Below are positions 1 to 12,232 of a DNA stretch of 55,948 nucleotides, piece after piece. The translations under genes were made by a program, and so were the position numbers. The stretch covers positions 124,001 through 179,948 of the forward strand of contig KZ537985.1 of NCBI GenBank assembly GCA_000934665.2. The letters are read 5' to 3'. The DNA is from Catajapyx aquilonaris (taxonomy: Eukaryota). The stretch's first letter is position 1; each line of letters begins with the position of its first letter. The notes under the pieces are model-generated. The model was not told the DNA's origin. It was given only the letters and a program-made list of their open reading frames with translations, and made no database searches.

Positions 1-857
1 TATACGTATAGCTGCTCATTTAATGAACCACACTGAATCAAGCATACCCATGGCGTGCTGGCGAAATGTTAAGCCCAAAAGTGTCCAGTGGGGTGGGGTT
101 GTCCGGAGAGGGTTGTCCTCGTTAAATGATTCACAGCAGAATAGCAGGTAAGCAAATTGAATCCATCCTGGTGGCAGGACACGTGTGTCCCATGTTGGGG
201 GGTTGCCGCACGTGAGAGAATCAGCCCATGGCTAATACACGGTCTCACGCCCTGCACATTCATCAACCGGTTCTAAAAACAGGACCAAAAACTGGTCAAA
301 AATCTATAAAAAAAAATTCCATCGTCCATCAAATAAAAAAGCACGCGTGATATAGACTTCGTGCGATAAGTATGAGCAAAACCGCGAACAAGTGGTTAAC
401 GGTATCAAAATGTCACATGCACGGAACATTATTCCAGCAGTCCGGGTGATCCCAGGAAGCTATAACTCACCTTAGATTTTGCACCCCGCTGTGGAGATAT
501 TTCACCAACTTGCAGGTAGGCTAACAAATGCCCCAAAATGTCAGCGGGTTGGTAAAAATGTCGGTAGGAAAAAAAAAACGGGTTGCACGAAAAGGGAGAG
601 GGCAAAGTGTGGCGTTGCGGTCGTCGTTCAAATGGCGTCCTGGAATACTAACGAGCAGAAGTCTCACTACAAATTTACACGCTCTTAATTGCACCTGTAT
701 TTAATCACCGAGCCCGAAATAGAGCTAAATTGGGCAGTTTTTTTCCAACCCGGTGCTATTTATCTTGATCAATTAGCTAGAGCCGTTTCGAAAAATATGC
801 GGGCGTTGCTTCATTAAGTAACTTCAGGGCATAGTGGTTGGACAAAGCCTCGCAACC

Positions 858-981
858 GGCTGTCACACGACTGTTTACAAACCAAGCGTACCCCCGATCC
901 CTCGCTGTCCCCTCCAAACCAAGCGTCCCCCCGGTCCCTCGCTGCCTGTTCCACGCCATCTCCCGGCCAAAATCCCAACTA
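858..981 (+). promoter_or_regulatory. Composite site: partner motif GGCTGTCACACGACTGTTTACAAA plus CTCF-like motif with N10-AACTA extension
   Basis: Partner motif 858-881; CGCCATCTCCCGG 954-966; 10 nt; AACTA 977-981. The core resembles the reverse complement of the CTCF consensus CCRSYAGRTGGCG. Confidence 0.6.
878..951 (+). repeat. 37-bp tandem duplication (2 imperfect copies)
   Basis: CAAACCAAGCGTACCCCCGATCCCTCGCTG.. at 878-914 and CAAACCAAGCGTCCCCCCGGTCCCTCGCTG.. at 915-951. Confidence 0.85.
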
Positions 982-3900
982 GTGACTAGTGGCGTATCAC
1001 AATTTTTAAAACCAAGCCCAATTCCGAGTTCAGCCAAGCCCGAGTAGCATATGCGCCAAAGTTCCGCAACGTTGCTTCCCTAAACTGTCCTAAAATAAGC
1101 CAGGCAAGCTTACTTGCGACGCCAGTCCCCATCATGCTATTATGCTATGAAATAATTGGCTACATGGCTACAAACTTGTGTGTAATGGAGTCGAGCCGGG
1201 TCTGCAGTGCAGGGAGGAAACCTATTACGTAGATTCAACGTGTCATGTTGAATTAGCCCTTGTTACATCCAGCTTGCAATTCTCTTGATGATACTAGACA
1301 TCAACTCTATATAAAAAAAAGTGGGTCAAGTAAGTAAAAATAAGAACCTGCAAAAAAAATTGCCGATAAGTCGATCGATTTGTTGCACTATTTTCGGCAC
1401 ACCTTGCACCTTTGAATAATGAAAAGGCAATTTTGTTGTTGTAACCATCGGTGTTATACGAGTACACTTTGCACTTTCGCCTGATTAAATTTCCATGTTA
1501 GTTAGCCTTAATGAATATAAGGACATGTTCTGGTTTTCATACACTTGCTAATTATCAACACCAGTCCTATTTTCTAATGTTAATGCGCCTCCCCTCCGGG
1601 TAAACCATTGTAATATGCAAACCTTGGGGAGTGTCTAGGCCTCTAAATATTTTGCAGCTAATTAGGCCTACCTTGCTTACATAACAAAGAAGTTTCGCCC
1701 ATACAAAAAAGTATATAAACCAGATTGTTGGAACCCAGCCTATGTCAGCACATATGTTTAATGAACCGTTTCACACCGACCGACCGTGTCGTAAACGACA
1801 AGTTGATTAAGCTATCCATCTCTTGAGCTAACCTAAGAACTAAACATTTGGTCGAAAAACTCACGGCCGAAAAAAAAAACTCTGAAGCACTTCATAATTG
1901 GGAAGCTCTCAGGGCTTCTGTCAACATTTGGAATACGCCAACCAAGCATTTGGTCCGTCTAACTGCTCCCAGCCTCTAATGAAGAGCCAGGGATGGCCAA
2001 ACATGGACCTCCCCCCCCCCCACCCAAAAAAAAAAAGTTTTCATCAGCTACATGCAACGCCTGAGTAACGATTACCGATAGCCTCTTTCAATCAAGTTGC
2101 TCCAATTTTTTTAACACCATTAGACTGTATAGCCGGTACACTGTGACAATATCAAAAACGGACCTGGAACATATATACACAACAACAACAACAAAAAAAG
2201 AGCTGGAGATAGCGTTCCTAAGCCTGGTGGAGTCTTCTCGGAACGTCCGGAATTTCCGCAATATTCCCAGGCGAAGGGATATGTGTAGTCGACAGGGTGT
2301 TAGGGAGGGACGGGAACGTGGGGGATTCCCCCACGAAGTTCTACAATTCCAGTTTCCATTGTCCATATGAAAACTGTGGAAAAGAGGAAGCTGGAGCATG
2401 AAAAATTTCATGTTCCCCTTCACTTACCATAAGAACCTGGTTTCCATCACGAACTACAATTTAAGCTACATTTAACATACTAACAAATGATATAACCGTT
2501 TTTAAATTCAAATTTTTTTAAAAAATGATTTCCTACACCACAGACAGACTTGAAATGCACGTCAAGTACAGATGGAAACACTGAAAACTTGTCCGATTAT
2601 GCGACTTTGAGTAGAAATTTTCCTAGGCATTGAAAGGCAAATTCTCTCTGGGGAGACTGGCATTCTGTGCACACAAAATCTACATTGCTTCAACTTATGT
2701 AAAGTTAATTACGACTTCGAAGACACCCAGAGTTAATTGCAACTGGATTGGGGGGGAATGGAAGGGGGGGGGGGGGNGGGGAAATGGGACCAGTTTCTGG
2801 TTTCTATTCAGCTGGAATTGGAATCAATAAAAGCTGTGGTCCAGTCCGTTGAATGACGTCGACCATTGATGGGAGAATCGTTTCCGATTTATTGCTCAAC
2901 TCCCCCATAGTACCTACCCGACCATCAACAATAACCGGGGTCATTCCCGGGTTCAATTAAGAGCTGGGATTACCTTAATCCCCACGACTGCAACTCTTTC
3001 TATCATCCTTATTATATCGCACCCCCTTGTAATTCGGTTCTACTTGGAAAACGACCCTGGAAAAAAGGTGATATCGTAGAGCTGTGGCCCCATTGCGGAC
3101 ATTCCCCTTCCAAAAAAAAAAACCCAACCTAAATCCAGGACTGGTTGTAAACAAGGCTGACTATTAAGGGGGGGCCAACCCATTTTGTGGGGGGCCAAGC
3201 ACAGTGCTTTTAAGTGCCTATTTACCGCATGAGATATCTGCTAAATCGAAGTAAAAGCTGTGATTTGTGGGCCTACTATGAAGCGACTTAGCTACAAAAT
3301 TCGGGCCGTGTTCCGAATAAACTGCGGATGGGTTTTCAAAATGGCATGAAAATACAAGGTGTTCCAAATAACATATGCTGTTCACGCTACATATGCAAAT
3401 ATTCAATGATGTACCAATATAGTGGACTAATTAGAACACTTGATCCCAGGCTGTGATATAATTGGTATACAATAACCATGTTACAAATATCTAGAGTGCA
3501 TCAAACTGCATATTAATAGTGTTCCGTTGCTTCACATTAATGTACAAAATAATTTGCAGGCTGGCAATAGACACAATATTGCTGTGTGTTACATCCAAAC
3601 CGAACGTTTTGTCCCACCCTGTACAGAAGTTCTCAACGTGGCAAATGTCTTCAGTGACAGTTTCCTGGGGTTATATGTACACTATTCGAGTCTTTCCTAT
3701 CAGATCCTCCTGTCCCGGGTAACGGCCTGCAAGTCCCTGAGTTGGCACCTTGGAACGTGTGGGTCCCAGATGTGCCGCACTCCCAAACTGCTCCGATTCG
3801 ACACGTCCCGTCGCAAATCCACACCCAATGGGAATTTCTTTCCATCCCCTCAACTTTTCTTATATATGCGACACAAAAAGAATGAAAAAAAAAGACATAT

Positions 3901-5760
3901 CTCCCCCCCAAAAAATTAAATTTAAAATACCTATTTAGGACACTGTCCTGTAAAACGAGTGACCTTTGCGATTTGGAACATAACACACGTTGCATACGAA
4001 ATCCACGTATTCACGTCCATCATGGTTACAGTGTTCTTCCTACCATTTTGACCCCTCTTGAATTCAGTACCTAAAACCTCCTGAGGGCTTGGTCCTGGAT
4101 ATTAAATATTTTCCTCCCACAAACTTCAAGCGACTTCAAACGACAAAGTGAGAAAATGCTGATATCGGTTTTTGCCTTTCCTTCTGGTGCAAAATGTACA
4201 AAAATGGTCATAAGCTTGTTTTCGCATTGCGGCCATCGCGGGGCCATCGATTACACTATAACAATTGCTTAATTTTTATTAAATTGCAGACTACAACCGC
4301 AACGTGTCCTAGATTCTAAACATGCATGGACTACATATATTTCTACGAAAATGCATTGATTTGAGATCCATATTGGATATTATTTTTTCCAGAACGCACG
4401 CGACGTAGGCACCGAAAATTCACCCCTTTTCTGTCAAATTATGCCTGATATCCATCCATCACGAACCGGTACCGCACGTATGAAACGTTGTATACGGGCT
4501 TAGGTCGGATGAAATTGAAGAGTGCAGAGGGTTTGGGACATAAAATCGATTGGGTACTGGATAGCCAATAGACACATGGATGCATTTGAGGACCAACGTA
4601 AACATGGATTCACATTTAATGCACCAGCAGCCCCCATAGACATGGCAACCCACATACATATGTGACTATTTTTTAATATCAATGATAAAACCAGTTTGAT
4701 AGACGCTTCCTAAGCACACGGGGGGTTAATGGCAAGCTAGCTAATTGCAGTCTCACAAATATTGAAAAGCATGTAGTGAGCCCTTTAGGCGCCCGGTTGC
4801 AAAACAACAATATGTTTTTCATAACAATGTGCAAAACAAAATCAAAATTAAATTGCGGGCATGTACCGCCAATAAAAGTTGTGCAAATTTTACACTTGTT
4901 TTTAATGTAACTGAATGATACTTCTGGGCATCGATTATTGTAATTAATGGTTTCATTAATACGGTTAACAAATCGATTCATTAAAATCTTCCCAAATCGA
5001 GTGGGGTGTCGTCCCATTGTGGTGCAATAGCTTTGGGAATTTGGCGGCCTGTTGTGGGTGGACCATCCGCCCCAAAAAATGCATAATCAGGACCATCCCA
5101 GCTCTAATTTGGCATCCAAAAACAAAATTATTACAATTATTGGGGGGGCCAAATTTTCGCCAGCCATTAATGACCTACTCCACCAATCGGTAATTAAAAG
5201 CCATACACCACACGCTCTACCCTCGATACAAATTCTCAATTGCTTAATTTCCTATTAAAACAGGATTCCGGAGCTCAACTGATTGATCGGCCATCGATCC
5301 CCCTATTATCACCCCTGACTCTCAATCTCTTTCCGATCGTCACGCAATTAAAACGTCCGATTCCCTCAGTCACACCCAAACAAGAATGATGACGTCACGT
5401 CCGCAACGTTTAGCCCGGATCGGACTCCTGTTCATTAAACGCTACAGAGTGTAATTCATTACTAGAAAAAATGGGACGGTTAATTCAATTAACAGTCACG
5501 TTTGTTACATGAAAAGCGTAGGTTTTTGGGGGGAAATGACGTAATTATTTTTATGGCTCAGAGTGTGGGAGGATGACTGGCCATAAGTCAAAAACCGGTA
5601 GAGCCGGATCAATTAATTTATAAACAAATTAGGGGGAAAAATTATGAGCTTGATATTACCGTAACTCTCCGCTTAGAAATAACCTAATAAACCGGCTTGT
5701 CATTTTTGAGCAGATTCGACGCCAAACCGAATGCGGCCTGAGCCACACCCCCTGCATGCA

Positions 5761-5788
5761 CGCCATCTAACGGCAAACCTCACAACCT
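5761..5788 (+). promoter_or_regulatory. CTCF-like motif
   Basis: CGCCATCTAACGG, 10 nt, AACCT. Confidence 0.5.
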
Positions 5789-5805
5789 GCTCTAATGGTT
5801 GTGAT

Positions 5806-6170
5806 CATGGTCTTAGAATACTTAGGTCTGGACACTCCCTCTTATCGCCTGCCGGGGCGTTTTGCATGAGGTGCTCACTTGAGAGCACCATGAGACAGCT
5901 TTTCATTGCGCTATTATGTGGCGACCCTACCGGACTATGCTGAACTAAGGTAGACGAGAAGCCGCTACATGCAGGGCCAACATGGCCGCAGGCGACCATG
6001 TTGGGTCCCCCAATGTAGCGCTTCCCTTTTGTACCTATAAAGTTCAGCGTAGTCCGGTAGGGTCGCCACATAATAGCGCAGTGAAAGGTCTCATCGCGCT
6101 CTCAGGTGAGCACCTCATGCAAAACGCCCAGGCGATAAGGTAAGATTGTAGGGGAAATGTCCGGGGGCTG
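5806..6170. mobile_element. Non-autonomous DNA transposon, CA...TG termini, 8-bp TSD (P-element-like or hAT-like), copy 1
   Basis: Flanked by exact TSD GTTGTGAT (5798-5805, 6171-6178); internal ~300-bp imperfect fold-back; second copy at 26683-27039. Confidence 0.85.
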
Positions 6171-6192
6171 GTTGTGATAGGTGTCACGTGGG

Positions 6193-6479
6193 ACTTATGT
6201 TCAGTGGGGCTTAACGTCGGCCTATTTCTGCCTCTAAGGCTCAACACCGACGCCAGGGGGTGGTCCTCCTCCTGGAAATTTGGCCACTCTGGGGATCTTT
6301 AACGTGCACTCGCGCAATGACACAAGCACACGGGATCGTCGGCTTTACTTCCCCTCCGAAGGAAGGCGCACTCTCATTTTTCTACCACCCGGAGAAAAGT
6401 CACCGACCTCGGCAGGGTTCGAACCCACAACCTTGGGACCAGAGGCGAGCGCGCTAACCACTAGTCCACCAAGGCCGGC
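6193..6479 (-). mobile_element. tRNA-derived SINE with Deu/Nin-like central domain
   Basis: Minus strand has A-box TGGACTAGTGG and B-box GGTTCGAACCC, then CCTTCGGAGGGGAAGTAAAGCCG...TGCACGTTAAAGATCCCC; 11-bp TSD TGTCACGTGGG at 6182-6192 and 6480-6490. Confidence 0.9.
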
Positions 6480-7902
6480 TGTCACGTGGGCACGTGGGAC
6501 TGGGGGATGATGATGGAGGTTCGGGTCTCGGACCCTAGAGAGGGTTAGGGAGGCTCTTGCACGGGTCAGTTAGGTGGGGGTGGTGTTGGTGGAGCACAGG
6601 TGACAACAGTGGTGCCAACTGAAAATAAGTACCATACTGCACCCAGGCTAATGACTAGGTGGTGGGAGGCAATAGATGAGGCGGAAAATAGCTTTAAAGT
6701 TGATTCCGCGCCGCCTAGTATAATTACGCCTCCCGGGCCATCGCCTTAGAAGCCTTTACCAAGACATAATTAGTCGCTTCTTAGCAACAACTCTCCTCTT
6801 GCTCATTTCCAACTCCTTTGACAAGTCGACTCCGAACTTGGTAAACGCAAGAGGGGGGGATACCGATAATTTCAACCCCCCTCAACTCATATATCGGGCA
6901 CTTGTTACTTCACATCGATCACAATTACACTTATTGGTTGCTCTCGCTTTCCATTCCGGCTTCCCCCAATCCCAAGTTTGCGCGCCAGCTTCCCCAAAGT
7001 GCTAAATTAGCAACTAAACCCAGACGGGAATTACAGGAAGCTAAATTACATCCAATAATCGTGGAGATTCGGAAATATTAGGGGTGGTGTTCCATTGATT
7101 TTCTATTAGGGTTTTCTCCTTGTATTGTGCTCTGGAATAGTCTGTTCCTATAAGAAAATACTAGCCTCCACCCAGGTTGAACTACAACCAGCCTAACCTT
7201 TCCCTATAGACAGCTAGGGACAACATCACAGTACATGACATTACCCCCTTTTTTAAAAGTGTTTACAACACATTCTTAAAACTAATATCCATTTTACAAC
7301 CGCCTCAGAGTTCAAAAAGCTATAAAAGTCAGATCGAAATATGCGTGATGAAAAAAATTCCCTCAAGTTCCTCCTTTCTGCTCAGCTTAGCATCCATTTA
7401 ACACCTAATAATGGAAGCTCGATAGTAGACGCGAAATTTAATAGTCCTGTTGGGAGGATCCGATTGGGTATTGAAGTTACCCCCAGATTTTTTTTTTCCG
7501 GGGGGTAATTCCATGCCTTTATAACATACAACTTTTCAAAGAGAGAAAAAATATGTTGATTCAGAACCTTCAGGGTTAGATGCACACATTTCCAACGCCA
7601 TCTTTACATCGTGGGAAACTAACTATAGTCGAGGCCTATACATCCCCTACCCCAGGCCGTTTGTAAGCACCTGTATGAGCGGCTTGCGGTAGATTCCGCA
7701 TGTTTACCTTCCAGACAGTTGGCGATCCCAGCAACCTCATTCATTTTGCAAACCTGTGAACCTGCAGCTGCCGCCTGTTTCCAACTGCTCACTGACGCGA
7801 ATTTGTAAGCCAAAGGTGAAATTTCGCCATTTTTCACCTCAGAGAAGAACGGATGTAAATTATTTTTTTTGGCTTCAACGTCAAAAAGATCTAACACTGC
7901 GC

Positions 7903-7965
7903 GGTCGGCCATGTTGAAAATTCTGAAGTCCCCGGATGTGTACACATCCGGCAACATGGCCGACC
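7903..7965. repeat. Nested inverted repeat with two divergent AACATGGC motifs
   Basis: GGTCGGCCATGTTG (7903-7916) and CAACATGGCCGACC (7952-7965) enclose the perfect palindrome CCGGATGTGTACACATCCGG (7932-7951). Confidence 0.75.
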
Positions 7966-9219
7966 ACACTGTTTGGAACGCTTCAAGTGCTCTGAAAGAC
8001 ACCAAAAAAAGCATAAGCAACAATATGTTGCTTAGTTTTTCCGTCCACTTCAGGCTTTGGTCATTTGCAACACAGTCGACTGTAAAATTGAGTGTTGGGC
8101 ACGGTTTTAGGCGCCATTTCCCAGCTAAAAGGCCCTCCATACTGAACATCCACGCACTTTGACATGAGGACCCATTATGATGGTTCAAAAAATAGTGCAC
8201 CGGTGATTCAAGTGAGGGGGTAGACACATCCGTTTATAGGGAGAGCTTAAGCCCTCCCATAGTCTTTTTTTGGACACATATAGATCCTGGCCCCGTCAAG
8301 AAGGTGCCGTCATGAATATTTATGCCTGGGTTCCGTCATTAAAATGCTAATTCCACCCAAGTGGGTGGGAAGGTGGAGTTTATCGGTGCGCAAGAAAGGG
8401 GACTTTGGCTGTTTCTGCCGAGTTGGCCCCTCCTGTAAACATCCTTACTCATAATCCCATTGGCTTAGGAAACTCCGAGGAACTGGCAAGAGTCACTCAC
8501 TCTCTCTCCCTCCCAAGGTTTCGGGTGTGAATTGAAACTACCCTTAATTAGTACCTCATAGCATAATAAGTACACCCATTTGCGCCAATTACGACCCAAC
8601 AAATATTTGCACTACACTAATTGCCACCAATTATGTTCAATTTTAATAATAACACGTTCGTATCCAATAAATATCAATTTTTCGATACATTGATATTTTT
8701 TCCAATATTTACAACCCAATATGCACACATGTTGAACCAAAAATCACATTTCAAGTCTCTGTATGCTGTTTATTCAGTAAGAAACCTTTGACTTTCTATT
8801 GGCTAACCTGCAAAAGGGGTAACTCCCCCTCTATTTTGCCTATTTTTCAGCAAGGGGTGAAAATTAATTTCTCGCTTTGAAGTTAAGTAGCTGCAGGCCA
8901 TGTTTTTCCCCCTGCACTTGTCAGTGCTGTGAATAGGAAACGTCCAGACCAAAAACATTGAGACCGGAAGGCAAAAAGCAAATGGCTTCCCCCCTCAAAA
9001 AAATAAATAAATATTTTAAAAGGCATCCCCGGAGGATTTCGAATAGAGTTTGGCTGGTGATGAATAGGATCAAGTGCTCAGCTCTCATCATTGGGCCAGA
9101 ATCAGATTTGCCACGATTATTGCGAAAAATTCCTGATGGATTTAGAGGCGTAAATTAAAACTGCCAGTCCTGGAAATAACAGGCTGCGATTTTAAACTTA
9201 CAGGGGGGGGGGGGGGGGG

Positions 9220-9427
9220 NNNNNNNNNNNNNNNNNNNNNNNNNNNNNNNNNNNNNNNNNNNNNNNNNNNNNNNNNNNNNNNNNNNNNNNNNNNNNNNNN
9301 NNNNNNNNNNNNNNNNNNNNNNNNNNNNNNNNNNNNNNNNNNNNNNNNNNNNNNNNNNNNNNNNNNNNNNNNNNNNNNNNNNNNNNNNNNNNNNNNNNNN
9401 NNNNNNNNNNNNNNNNNNNNNNNNNNN
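9220..9427. other. Assembly gap (N run)
   Basis: 208 Ns between a poly-G and a poly-A tract. Confidence 1.
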
Positions 9428-10874
9428 AAAAAAAAAAATGCCTGATGGACGCACTTACCAGTTTGTGCAGCAAATCGAAAATTTTCATTCTTCCAATCCT
9501 CTTACGACGGAAATACCAGAGGCAGAATAGTATTCAGGTGACAAAATTTTCTCAAAAAAAAAAAAAAACATTTAAAAATCAAGATCGTGCCTGGCTACTA
9601 TCGTGAGCGTTACCGCTATTTCAGATTCGACACGGCCGACCCAGGTTGACCTCCGCCTTTTCCCCGTCCAGAAAACCAGTCTGCCCACAGAATGAACTCC
9701 CAATTAAATGACCGTTCCATCGAGTGTTATTTCGACAACAATGCTTTATAAACACTTATTGGCAACAATTTCCCCCCCTTTTATTGGCGGCTAAAACCAG
9801 GGACAAAGGGCGGCATGACGGCTGGGAAAACAAAAGCAATCGATGGACAGGTGATTGGCACTTTTGTCGGGAGTCCCCCCCTCGCGGATTTGAGCTGTAT
9901 CAATGCACAAAAGCTGCGCTTGTCTCTCGCCTCATTTAAGCCGTTCGTGACGTAACACGGACCAAAAGTGCCCGTACGTGCGTCCAACAGATAACGGGTG
10001 TCGTCATGTTCAGACCCTGCACTCCACCCAATATATTATGCAAGTTCTGTGGAAGCACAGTTAGAGCTGGACCACATGATTCGGTCATAGGTTGATATGA
10101 TCGACAGGAGCACCCATGCCTGAGAGATACCCGTAGGGTATGCTGCCGATAAAATCGCCACAGATGGAGCTTATAAACGCTGCCGCTTGGGCGCTGGTCT
10201 AGTTCTCAAGCGTGGCGTTCCTGGCGGCGGACCCTCGCCAATTCAAACTAAGACGAATAGGACCGCGACATCACCAGAGTCACGCCTTCTCACACTGAGG
10301 TCTGATTATTACATCAATGTCTGTCACACCCTTGGTTTTATCTATGGACTACATAATACCCATACATATAATTCATCGCCTCCTACCCACGTTCCCATCA
10401 TTCCTCCGCCCCGCCTCCGCCTTTACTTTAGGTCTGCAGTCTTGTAAGGCCATGGAAGCAGGAGATTAGAAAGCCAGCCTTGCGTAACTTATTGCTTGTT
10501 TGGAAAGCCTTGCCGAGCTTTCTTGCTAATTTGAGAAGGCAGTTTGCTAATAACGGCGGAGCAGGGAGGCTTTGAACCGTCCGTGGGAAAAGAGGTTGGA
10601 CATACTATGACTTAGCGTGGAGAAGACTTAGGAAGCGCGATTAAACTCTGCTTAACCCTTACGCTGCCCCCTGGTAAGGATGACCATCCAGAATCAAGTT
10701 TGCCTGTGGGCACGGCTTAAATTCAAGTAGGCTTGCTTCAGGCACTACAAGATGTTTACTAAGCTAAAATCCATTGTCGGATTAAAATGTACAGTCATAA
10801 GTTGCCTCGAGTATTAAGAGTATGACGGTAAACTCCCCTTACATTGCTGTAAACAAATATAATAGGTATACATA

Positions 10875-11017
10875 CAGTCAGTTAAACAAAAGAACGATCT
10901 GACGTCACGTTCAGCCCCGCCTCCACCCGTCCAATCATGTCTCCGAATCGCTGTACTGCGCATGCTCACAAAACAAGGCTGGTGTGACGTCAGATAGTTC
11001 TTTCGCTTACCCGACTG
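10875..11017. mobile_element. Tc1/mariner-type MITE
   Basis: TA|CAGTCAGTTAAACAAAAGAACGATCTGACGTCAC ... GTGACGTCAGATAGTTCTTTCGCTTACCCGACTG|TA; ~34-bp imperfect TIRs, TA TSD. Confidence 0.75.
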
Positions 11018-11019
11018 TA

Positions 11020-11147
11020 CTATCACCCAAACAAGGATTGTCGTATCCTGGCTTGGATGCAACCCACTGCACAGATGTGTCACACATCTGTGCAATGGGT
11101 TGCATCCAAGCCAGGATAACCCGCGACAATCCTTGTTTGAGTCATAG
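11020..11147. mobile_element. Fold-back palindrome / TA-flanked MITE
   Basis: Near-perfect arms CAAACAAGGATTGTCG..TATCCTGGCTTGGATGCAACCCA..CAGATGTG and reverse complement; TA on both sides; shares a TA with the preceding MITE. Confidence 0.75.
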
Positions 11148-11668
11148 TACATGTATAATTTTATAGGTCCAGTACAGTACTGCAGATACTTGAACTTTGT
11201 CCATACCTGTATGACAATACTGCATTGGTCAGCATTTTGAATAAAAGTGCGCAAGAATTTCATAAAAAAACCCCAAAAAAGTTACTGGACTCAAGAATGA
11301 TTCAGGTAAATATTTGTATCCGCTTTGAACCCAAACTTTCTCAAGAGCTCGCTATTTTCTACGAGTCCCGAGCATTCCTTTGGCAGACCTTTCCAGTCTT
11401 GTTTTCCTAACATCCATCCAACAAAAGTCATCGGAGAATTGAATTGAAAGCGAAATGATAAAAGAGGGCACGAAAAGAAGTCCTATTAATAATAGACGCG
11501 CGCGGTTTGCTCTATCTGATTTCAAATTAGACTTCAGACGAAATTGGCTTCATTTTCAACCACAATGGATCTCGCTCAGCCTGTTTTAAACCTGATTATA
11601 CACCTTGAAATCGGGTTACTTTAATGCTCTTTCTTTCACATTCATGTTACCCGTTTCGAGTTTTCCAG

Positions 11669-11854
11669 AAAAAGCAAGGCCCGAGGATCAAAGAACATTT
11701 CCTTCCAAACAGCCCCAAGTACAGTGGGTGCAGGAAGCAAGTTGGTATCGTCGATGTTCCGCATTCAAGTCAACTGAAAGACATCCTTCATGCGGAAAAA
11801 GCCGTCGATCTTCTGAGCTCGCTTTTTACGGGCTTAGGGAACGAAGGGCTTACG
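11669..11854 (+). CDS. Candidate internal exon (186 bp), product unknown
   Basis: Pyrimidine-rich acceptor TTTTCCAG|, donor ACG|GTATGT, length a multiple of 3, open frame KKQGPRIKEH...LLSSLFTGLGNEGLT; no recognisable domain. Confidence 0.25.
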
Positions 11855-12184
11855 GTATGTAAAACACTCCTAGAAAATGTTCAAAGCTTCAGGAAAATTC
11901 ACGGCGAATAAGGAAATATTACTGTAATTGGACGTGAAAAGCCTATTAGTACAGAACTGAATTAAATACAGGTCAAGTAACGGATTATATCCCTCAGAAG
12001 ACTGCGGAAAATCTGTTTATGTAGGCTTGCCTCAACTTATGGTGCCTCACGGCTGACTACAAACACCGTAGCCTCTCTCTAGGCTCTCTGACAGCCTATA
12101 GCCTCGATAGGAGAACACTTGAGCCATCTTAGCGTGGCAATCCTGGTACGATCGAGGCTTCTGATTGGCCCCTGTTCTGCGCCG

Positions 12185-12232
12185 GCGCAATGGGAGGAAG
12201 CAGCGCCTCTGGTGGGCGGGAGGAGGAACTAG
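12185..12232 (+). promoter_or_regulatory. CTCF-like variant within a half copy of the 21216 palindrome
   Basis: GCGCAATGGGAGGAAGCAGCGCCTCTGGTGG matches the right arm of 21216-21318 and is followed 11 nt later by AACTAG. Confidence 0.45.

Noticed and set aside
6400..6479. tRNA genes here and at 17787, 25460 and 32406
   Set aside because: The A/B boxes continue into SINE bodies, with TSDs or second copies; no complete cloverleaf
7619..8227. 202-aa minus-strand ORF as a gene
   Set aside because: No recognisable homology, and it crosses a palindrome; only the symmetric element is reported
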